Below are positions 29,401 to 32,000 of a stretch of 32,000 nt of DNA, one piece after another. The stretch comes from Candidatus Saccharimonadota bacterium. Its GTDB lineage: Bacteria; Patescibacteriota; Patescibacteriia; 2-12-FULL-60-25. Position 1 is the first letter of the stretch; every line of letters starts with the position of its first letter. Below the pieces are notes generated by a model. That model saw only the letters and a program-made list of their open reading frames with translations. It did no database searches and was not told the DNA's origin. Location: positions 960,001 to 992,000 of the forward strand of contig OY970357.1 in the NCBI GenBank assembly GCA_963718585.1, read 5' to 3'. The translations under genes and the position numbers were made by a program.

Positions 29401-31977
29401 TGCATTGAAGACCTCCAGACCGCCGGAATTCGCGTCGATCGGCACGTAGACATACCGTCCGTCGACCGCGGCTCGTTGCGGTGTATTGATGAGGCCTGTC
29501 GTTGAGATCACACGCATGACCGTATCCGTCGCCATCGTATTGTCGATATCCGAATGAACGCGAACGGAAGCGGTGCTCGTCACGGGGGACAACGTATTCG
29601 TCGTTCCGTTGTATGACCAATTCGGTGTCGTAGATCCGCAGTTCGTCCCATCTGCAAGACACACGGATTGTCCACCGACGGTGGTGTTCGATGAGAGCGT
29701 CGCAGCGCTGGATACGACGAGATTGGTGGATGAGGCCGTACCGACGACCGTCAGATCTCCGCCGGTCGAGATCGAACCGACCGCATATATCCGATCTCCG
29801 GACGTGATCCCGTTACGGACGTAGAGATGCTGCGCGATATCCGCATCACCCAAGACACTCAACGAACCGAGATTCGCCGAATGGGCGATGAGTCCGTTGG
29901 TCTCGATCCCGGAGATGTCGATCACCGAGACGGTGTCGTCCCCCGTGTTCGCGACATAGAGATACCGTCCTTGGATGGTGATGCCATCGGGAGAAGTTCC
30001 GACCGTGATCGTGCTTACGACGACGGGATTCGTCGGATCCGCGAGATCGACCACAGAAACCGTTCCATCCCCCGAATTCGTGATATATGCATACCGTCCG
30101 CTCAAGGCGACTCGGGACGGGGTTGAACCAACAGCTACCGTCGCCGTCAGGACCGGATCCGTCGAGCTCGCGATATCGACCACGGCCAAAGTGCTGGAAC
30201 CGCTGTTGACGACATAGGCGTACTCACCGGAGTACGCGACATCCGTCGGAGCCGCGCCGCTCCCGAGGGACAACGTGCCAAGAACGGATGCATCCGTGGG
30301 ATCAGAACTCAGAATCATGAATGAATCGGATCCGTAACCCGTGACCAGGAGCTCGGGACCGTCTGCCGCAACCCCACGGGGGATCGTCCCACCACTGAAC
30401 GTCGTCGATGACGCGATGAAGGGTGCGCTTGGTTTGGAAATATCGACGACGTTGAGTTTATCACCATCAAGAGTGATATACGCGTACTGCCCCTGGATCG
30501 CGACACGTCGAGGATCCGTCATCCCAATGCCCGTAAGCACCGTCGGCGTCGAGGGGTCTGCAAGATCCATCGTTGCGATCGTTACGGCATTTTGGGCGGT
30601 GATGACCGCAACGCGCTCCGTGACGGCGATATCCGTGGTGCCGATCGACGAGTAGGTGAATGCCCCGAGCGCCTCCGGCTTCGACGGGTCGGTGATGTCG
30701 TAGGTCTGGATCGTATTTGTCGCGGCCAAGTAACCGAACGTTCCTTTCGGGACGAACTTCACTGGAAATGTCGCGGCCGCTGTGGTCGTCACGGTCGTGA
30801 ACGATTGTCCCGTCTCCAAGATGTTCTGGACGTTTCCGACGACAGTCAGTTTTGCGGCTGACGACGTCGCTGTGCCGATCACGACACGCGTGTCCGTGTT
30901 GTACCCAAAATAAGCGGTCGAGACACCCGTTGTGCCGCCGGACAGGTCGAAGTAGATCGGCGCGCCTGCCGTCGAGGTATCCGCCGCGCCAAGGACGACA
31001 TCCGTGGTCGCCGTCGCATTGTGCACGAAGTCCCCGGACGCATCATATGTCCAATTGAGGTCGAATCCCCCACTTGAGGCCGTGCAGTTCGTCCCGTCCG
31101 CAAGACAGACGAGCTGACCTTGGACCGTCAACGATGAACCCGATGCAGAAGTGAAGGCGAGTGTCGTCGCCGTCGCCTCGGTCGCGGTGAGGAAACTCGA
31201 TGTCAGATTGGTCACGACCCCATTCGTCGCGAACAGGTTCGTCGTTGTTGCAGATGTACCGGTTGCAAAGGTATAGGTCAAAGTCTGAAGATCTGCCGTT
31301 CCGGTCGATGTCAACCGGCTTCCCACAAGGACCCCCCCATATGCGTAGATCAGATCCGTCGTATTGTCTCCATTGTCTGTGATCGTTTGGAGTGTCGCGG
31401 TCGTCGCCGGCGCGCCGCCTGTGATCGCCGTCCCGTTGACGTAGAGATTCGTCGTCGAGACCGTGGTCGCCCCCAACCAACTCGATGTTGCGTTCGTAAA
31501 CACCGCGTTGGTCGATGAGACGGTCGTCGCAATGACGTTCGTCGACGTCACCGTCCCGACATTGAGCCCAAGCCATCGCAAGCTGGCCGAACCGAGCGAA
31601 TAGGTCAGATCCGCCACTGGCAAGACATCCGTGTTGATGTGCCCATTCAGCGCGATCAGATCAGACGCACCGGAACCCAAGGTCGTACTCCCCTGGATAT
31701 CGAGATTTCCGGTAGACGTGACGCTGCCATTCCGGGAAATACTGAACACATTGGTCGCCCCAGCGAATCCTTGAACGAGGAAGTCATTACTGTCCGACGT
31801 CCCATCCGTCTGTACGACGAGCGCGGTCCGGGTCGCGGCCGCGGCATCGGCGGTCGTTTGATGGACCGCAAAGAGGGATCCACCCGCGGACGTGATCGAA
31901 GATGACGCGTATTGGCCCTGCAACTGTTCTGCGTTGAATGCATTTGGGACGGACGAAAGACGCTTTCGGGGCGTCAT
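17488..31977 (-). CDS. Giant LVIVD-repeat surface/fibre protein, at least 4,829 aa (frame remains open upstream to the window edge at 32000)
   Basis: Single uninterrupted ORF in the track. Its parts are: a tail-fibre-like N-terminus; 8 blocks of 7 LVIVD-like blades; 8 VCLADGTNC loops; 2 beta-sandwich modules; 2 DYAEYF/YDFAEMF-type C-terminal modules; and an S/T-rich tail. Codons upstream of ATG 31977 (..TVGSDSE-M) contain no stop before nt 32000, so the true start may lie outside the window. Confidence 0.9.
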   Translation of the reverse strand: MTPRKRLSSVPNAFNAEQLQGQYASSSITSAGGSLFAVHQTTADAAAATRTALVVQTDGTSDSNDFLVQGFAGATNVFSISRNGSVTSTGNLDIQGSTTLGSGASDLIALNGHINTDVLPVADLTYSLGSASLRWLGLNVGTVTSTNVIATTVSSTNAVFTNATSSWLGATTVSTTNLYVNGTAITGGAPATTATLQTITDNGDNTTDLIYAYGGVLVGSRLTSTGTADLQTLTYTFATGTSATTTNLFATNGVVTNLTSSFLTATEATATTLAFTSASGSSLTVQGQLVCLADGTNCTASSGGFDLNWTYDASGDFVHNATATTDVVLGAADTSTAGAPIYFDLSGGTTGVSTAYFGYNTDTRVVIGTATSSAAKLTVVGNVQNILETGQSFTTVTTTAAATFPVKFVPKGTFGYLAATNTIQTYDITDPSKPEALGAFTYSSIGTTDIAVTERVAVITAQNAVTIATMDLADPSTPTVLTGIGMTDPRRVAIQGQYAYITLDGDKLNVVDISKPSAPFIASSTTFSGGTIPRGVAADGPELLVTGYGSDSFMILSSDPTDASVLGTLSLGSGAAPTDVAYSGEYAYVVNSGSSTLAVVDIASSTDPVLTATVAVGSTPSRVALSGRYAYITNSGDGTVSVVDLADPTNPVVVSTITVGTSPDGITIQGRYLYVANTGDDTVSVIDISGIETNGLIAHSANLGSLSVLGDADIAQHLYVRNGITSGDRIYAVGSISTGGDLTVVGTASSTNLVVSSAATLSSNTTVGGQSVCLADGTNCGSTTPNWSYNGTTNTLSPVTSTASVRVHSDIDNTMATDTVMRVISTTGLINTPQRAAVDGRYVYVPIDANSGGLEVFNATDPITPINILTANTYCNAKSIAVRGKYAYLTNLGTCGTHLIVYDISNPSSLVDVASTTITATGDLTVQGNYAFAAGNNRIEIFDIKDPLNPTVATSVTLSGAIGLAVQGKYLYAINSGTSYVTVIDISDPLSPSIVGSVLLPTTNPQGIAVQGAYAYVAGFLNNDVDIIKVTDPTSPTIASSTYYTDYPEGIAVSGRYVYITQSNGGLDVLDVSVPGSPVHLAATTTASTPKGIVISGRYAYISNTAANSLSIVDILGTETSGLVAANAELGSLRVDGSGWVSGNFSVNGALSAGIGGIYTDGAITAGSRTATSTFAFAVSTTNAEVSNRLTVGGKLVCLADGTNCTGGGGGSTTDLNWTYNGTGDYVSNATATTDIVLGAANTSTAGAAGYFDLSGGTAGTSTVYFGYSTNTNVVIGGSSTTVGFMNPAFSLNGNDLFVGGNIGSASSVYTNGEFVAGNGSTHYGNGYISSAEAHLVPVTISESFEGSTFPPSSDWTTGGDAVWARTTATSTDGIASASSSFINNNQSTYLEVQKTFPATSTYSFDWEVSSETNFDYLSFCLDNDACTSASGYTYRISGQTQWASVSGTVAAGTHTFRWLFSTDSSNLLFRNAGNVDNVSFNTSEDKFSFISSSTTLWNFEGDLTVKDVNVCLSDGTNCQTVSGSSGTSTADLNWTFSPTGNFVHNATATTDLVLGAANTSTAGAAAYFDLSGGTVGTSNVYFGYSTNTNVVIGGTSSSASFMDSAFSLNGNDLFVGGNIGSASSVYTNGELVVGSGPTHYGDGYVTTQSKESFEGSTFPPSGWTTGGNLPWGRITTTSTDGFASATSGPITDNQSSYLETQQAFSATTTYSFDWQVSSESGFDYLLFCLDNDACTRTAGYTSRISGLVSWTTVTGSVGPGAHTFRWMYAKDPSASSGLNAGFLDNVKFGGTAFTFTPSTFSVPSLASLGSVTSSFAGGLTVKGQAVCLQDGTNCSSASPDWTYNGAGDYLTTGTSTQNVLLGGSLSVNSPSNPLGVANLIPNGTGSVYGTAVQNKYLYAAGGTNFYAIDISNPALPVVVGTSTGFTDIEQIAVAGNYAYVGEHSSSYGFKVIDISDPAHPVNMGSVGLSRQVDQIRIKGTYAYVANYLDGMKVIDISDPASPTVVATLSGSYAYGLDIRGDYAYLALGVGGKHFEVVDISDPLNPTIVSTPTFSSVDTNHVYVDGRYAYVENWSDQLNIFDISSSTVPTLVVSKTGITGGSGQRKDIVVSGDYAYIVGNGKIAIVDVSDRTNPTLLTTTSTGGTTPMDITVSGKYAYVGTGSSGLYVIDLQGAKISTANIGNLSVDDQNINRDLTIGNRLMVGGNVAIGNDLTVRGQRVCTADGTGCLWTTNADGTLSPTLSGQTIDVTGHLDALPTSTTAFTTVRSVSTSNGTQRGIQIQGDLAFTAGAGRLIIYDISKPSSTSVISNTFFGGCSTCVPHMFKVDGNYVYIVQDNNAGATMFQAIDVSDPTNPYRVGDLSIAGGLQAIDVEGRYAYIVNNSTNKLYSVDISNPASMQVVSSTAVSSTPRDIRVRNGLAYVISQGSDVMETFDVSNPNNMRWVSSVHTDQYTGDAPGAWSMALQGHFAYVDNYTSGTIAVIDISSTSSPSVVGQVTTSQVFPDDIYASGRYVYAALYGNLSGHGIDIIDVSSSTRPVIANSFSNPYGYYTVTANGRYLYAINYGSTPFDVIDLGTGIETNGLIAHNAQIGQLGVNGDANVGGDIVVRGSATIGRGGLYTDGAFTAGSSVTSTFLNDIKTTKLLTVNGSGTSTFLGATSATRGEYSLGLTVGGVSVCLKDETNCPPRALYWTYNGASSTLETVTSTVDVKFGGDINNTLISNDTFSNVSTTIDGSPVKVQYQNSYVYVLTASNTLQIFHADLDGTVSSTSDTVVTSTSKGLGDMAVLGNHAYFTYGDRRAVMGVDITDPYHPTTSTVVGDTTDNSISARYVAAQGHYVYVLGSSALSIFDVSTSTFSLVGHLTGLDTNGDVTISGDRAYVTGFSTTLQIVDISDPTNPILAGTWSAPDSERGFDVQIQDDLAYILPGQGAGAYYILNVASSTNIVALGSAGTGYQSTYVRGSIAGRYLYTGDSAYCNGSGPRGALHVYDVASSTNPFEVLHDYPGGKDAVFDSSDYRVIDVDVNGRYAYVGLSDTGTGCKNDGTNSLVVVDVNGVDTNGLNAQSAQIGKLNVTGNAQFTKDFTIDGKRACLEDGTNCSSSDPNWFYNPYNDSLSNLRGSTVGVDGNFQNILQSDSTGTHLGGYTRGAFAGDDFRDMTAAGDYLYAMNYGTAQLQIFDVKNASSPALVNSLSLGSQPTHMTVQGGLAYIAEFAAADLRVVDLQNPYAPVTVSTSSVTGALSVAVQGKYAFVGTSLNGLYVFDISSPSGPLLVTTSTVLSSIHYTDMVVQGGYLYVSDDFNGNLDTIDIRDPKNPTLAHTTALGGSSGGKAISIAGSRVYVAETSSNSLAVYSISNPALPSLKGTASLNGAPTDVTVSGRYAYVSINQSGAKEVDVVDLNSDTSPTLITTVSTYAGNGAQSVAVSGRRLYIGTDETATVARIDIFTIGGTEVSSLTAHSAEVGTLQVDGQATFQNGISVNGGISVGGGISTLGSVGIGKSLTVAGDISNILQTSSTLTRLGNWTTGLDTGYDYRTVRVVGDFAYALSNGNHELDIFNVRDPANPTYVTSVNAGISPQKMRISAGYAYIADVSEGDLRIIDIRDPYAPQTVATTSVSGADSVEIKGHYAYVGQSIGSLYVFDVTDPALPSFVTSTNFSSSVRFKDMTTQGNYLYVGDNFYGQLLVVDISDPERPTLVSTKALYGTSGAEGLAVEGSHIYVIESGTHRFVSYDITDPTNPTTSTTGLITFAADPAGISLAGRYAYVTVHGSGVKEVDVIDVQDPSNPILISRNQTVGATPQSIFVKGRDLYVGNAEPRFEIYDIHGEEVNGLIAHSADLGQLQVDGDGYIQNDLAVNGALNVGGSIQATGGIGASKIKINDTFTHVYASTVYDGNAFSSPGQLVRGLKVSGRYLVYLTQSDGVLKIADVHDPTNPVVISSTACGVSPTSLAVQGTLVAADCNHYINIYDISDPSNPELLSSTANGTGALSYMQFHGRMLIGINTNVNKIYPINISDPKHPMAYTGLSPSSGTWSSMDVQGRYAYVSNGTGVLDIVDISDPENLKIVGTQFLIFPSNALVDHVQGRYAYMVNNSHNELVIVDISNSQSPHFATAVGIPNIYAAVPHGNLLFVGTNTNVMKIYDITQPLDPKLIKTTDETYGGISSLTDVDVDGRYVYVGISANSSDPSLSIYEMGGIEASAGQFSSLDTGAFSVRGDITSFGDISTIGSLTAQGAMFNDEVAIYGNASSSYGALRVVSNCGGTSSVNRRIAGFATSTVNLDDAVSIRCNGQLYADNGTIGSGGDYAEYFTSDQGAYGAGNVMALDPTSATSATLGDESLRKYTLGVISARPVVTGMGQLENDASATLVGLLGQLETKVDATTSSISIGDELMMGTDGSAVKAKGPGMVLGMAMEPLSSGTGTMMVYVSPHWWAGDLFISNETGSLLIGDLTNASTTVATSTVTTVDSPLFSFRGSAWDSASSSVITSQFNLYADMQSATTSYFAMTSNATDTNILTVSPLGDLAISGKLYPSDRGNLQYNKYIFYDGSSGLFGDYMRTNAAGWGTGSYDFAEMFPSSETLEPGDIVVLDPTLPQGVKKSTSAYEQNILGIVSTRPGFLAGNNATSSYPIALSGRVPTKVSDENGPVHAGDMLTPSSQPGIAMKATGPGPVVGVAMQDMQGTAVTSVIAYVHVEWNGASASGASSGSGSTGSTVIRKGFAKIFAGSQEVTVSFDTIQAYPMILATPVGQAGDWWISNQTDSGFTINLAAAENHDVLFSWTAEATPSGTVLTNSDNTYTEIDPTSGDPVAPPPPGSSTTTSSGSTGSTTSTTSTTP
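17650..17855 (-). other. Terminal small beta-sandwich-like domain, followed by an S/T/P-rich low-complexity tail (17491..17649)
   Basis: VIRKGFAKIFAGSQEVTVSFDTIQAYPMILATPVGQAGDWWISNQTDSGFTINLAAAENHDVLFSWTAEA, then ...PPPPGSSTTTSSGSTGSTTSTTSTTP. Any resemblance to H-type-lectin-like fibre tips is from memory only. Confidence 0.35.
17910..18297 (-). other. C-terminal module 2, a paralogue of module 1 (Peptidase_G2/IMC-like)
   Basis: GSYDFAEMFPSSETLEPGDIVVLDPTLPQGVKKSTSAYEQNILGIVSTRPGFLAGN...GDMLTPSSQPGIAMKATGPGPVVGVAMQDM...VIAYVHVEW. It is colinear with module 1. Confidence 0.5.
18690..19089 (-). other. C-terminal module 1 resembling the phage Peptidase_G2 / intramolecular-chaperone autoproteolytic domain
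   Basis: GGDYAEYFTSDQGAYGAGNVMALDP...LRKYTLGVISARPVVTG...GDELMMGTDGSAVKAKGPGMVLGMAMEP...MVYVSPHWW. As I recall the family pattern, it is (ADYAE[YM]FEW..., G.FV.L.G.KI..A, ILGVVSA.P...G). Not verified by search. Confidence 0.5.
19405..20340 (-). repeat. LVIVD-type beta-propeller module 8 of 8 (7 blades)
   Basis: Blade ends: ADVHDPTNP, YDISDPSNP, INISDPKHP, VDISDPENL, VDISNSQSP, YDITQPLDP, and exit YEMGGIEASAGQFSSLDTGAFSV. Confidence 0.65.
20515..21430 (-). repeat. LVIVD-type beta-propeller module 7 of 8 (7 blades)
   Basis: Blade ends: FNVRDPANP, IDIRDPYAP, FDVTDPALP, VDISDPERP, YDITDPTNP, IDVQDPSNP, and exit YDIHGEEVNGLIAHSADLGQLQV. Confidence 0.65.
21640..22560 (-). repeat. LVIVD-type beta-propeller module 6 of 8 (7 blades); colinear paralogue of module 7
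   Basis: Blade ends: FDVKNASSP, VDLQNPYAP, FDISSPSGP, IDIRDPKNP, YSISNPALP, VDLNSDTSP, and exit IDIFTIGGTEVSSLTAHSAEVGTLQV. Confidence 0.65.
22825..23790 (-). repeat. LVIVD-type beta-propeller module 5 of 8 (7 blades, most degenerate); boundaries approximate
   Basis: Blade ends: IFHADLDGT, VDITDPYHP, FDVSTSTFS, VDISDPTNP, LNVASSTNI, YDVASSTNP, and exit VDVNGVDTNGLNAQSAQIGKLNV. Confidence 0.55.
24255..25190 (-). repeat. LVIVD-type beta-propeller module 4 of 8 (7 blades); boundaries approximate
   Basis: Blade ends: YDISKPSST, IDVSDPTNP, VDISNPASM, FDVSNPNNM, IDISSTSSP, IDVSSSTRP, and exit IDLGTGIETNGLIAHNAQIGQLGV. Confidence 0.65.
25465..26360 (-). repeat. LVIVD-type beta-propeller module 3 of 8 (7 blades); boundaries approximate
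   Basis: Blade ends: IDISNPALP, IDISDPAHP, IDISDPASP, VDISDPLNP, FDISSSTVP, VDVSDRTNP, and exit IDLQGAKISTANIGNLSV. Confidence 0.65.
26500..28389 (-). repeat. In-frame tandem duplication inside the giant gene: two ~315-aa units (27448..28389 and 26500..27447)
   Basis: Each unit has the same parts in the same order: VCL(A/S)DGTNC; DLNWT(Y/F)...HNATATTD(I/L)VLGAANTSTAGAA.YFDLSGGT.GTS.VYFGYSTNTNVVIGG; an identical run FSLNGNDLFVGGNIGSASSVYTNGE; and ESFEGSTFPPS..WTTGG...FDY L.FCLDNDACT...HTFRW...DNV.F. The protein copies are highly similar, while the DNA copies have diverged. Confidence 0.85.
28635..29500 (-). repeat. LVIVD-type beta-propeller module 2 of 8 (7 blades); boundaries approximate
   Basis: Blade ends: FNATDPITP, YDISNPSSL, FDIKDPLNP, IDISDPLSP, IKVTDPTSP, LDVSVPGSP, and exit VDILGTETSGLVAANAELGSLRV (28561..28660). 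Confidence 0.65.
29911..30800 (-). repeat. LVIVD-type beta-propeller module 1 of 8 (7 blades); boundaries approximate
   Basis: Blade ends: YDITDPSKP, MDLADPSTP, VDISKPSAP, ILSSDPTDA, VDIASSTDP, VDLADPTNP, and exit IDISGIETNGLIAH (29881..29940). Confidence 0.65.
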
Positions 31978-32000
31978 TTCCGAATCCGAGCCGACGGTCA

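Noticed and set aside
19400-30830. Strong periodicity of ~0.9-1.0 kb that could suggest a repeat array or CRISPR-like structure
   Set aside because: The repeat units are ~930-bp in-frame protein modules (propellers) with diverged DNA. There are no short identical direct repeats with unique spacers. This is not a CRISPR array.
17488-31977. Prophage or tail-fibre gene of an integrated phage
   Set aside because: The fibre-like N- and C-terminal motifs are phage-reminiscent. However, no capsid, terminase, portal, baseplate or integrase genes flank it, and its neighbours are cellular envelope genes.

Overview
Moderately GC-rich 32 kb window, so it carries many long antisense shadow ORFs. I support 18 protein-coding genes (17 on the minus strand, 1 on the plus strand) and one tRNA-Ala(GGC). 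No rRNA, CRISPR array, transposase or integrase was seen.

Gene order, left to right (minus strand unless stated):
- a partial multi-pass membrane protein, missing from the ORF track because it runs off the window start
- a 307-aa unknown protein driven by a consensus TTGACA-N17-TATATT promoter
- a GT2 glycosyltransferase and a GT-C-type membrane glycosyltransferase
- six tandem paralogues of a small TrbC/VirB2-like (T4SS-pilin-like) membrane protein, two with Cys-rich ectodomains
- an orphan solute-binding lipoprotein
- galU, ychF and a GFA-family protein
- a divergent plus-strand ABC-F ATPase
- tRNA-Ala, next to a duplicated copy of its own 3' end
- an acidic 269-aa unknown protein
- a Wzy_C (O-antigen-ligase-like) membrane protein with a TPR tail
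- one giant ORF of at least 4,829 codons (17488..31977, still open at the window edge)

The giant ORF encodes eight consecutive seven-bladed LVIVD-type beta-propellers (56 blades). These are punctuated by eight 'VCLADGTNC' Cys-x6-Cys loops. The protein also has a duplicated beta-sandwich module, a phage-tail-fibre-like N-terminus, and a C-terminus resembling two phage Peptidase_G2-type autoproteolytic modules.

The gene content suggests a Patescibacteria/CPR (Parcubacteria-like) genome. This is inference only.

The most interesting hypothesis is a surface-appendage and protein-glycosylation locus with three parts: the giant propeller fibre, the pilin-like array, and a glycosylation toolkit of GalU, GT2, GT-C and Wzy_C-TPR.

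All family assignments come from motif recognition by eye, with no database search run. Domain boundaries inside the giant gene are approximate (about +/-30 nt).
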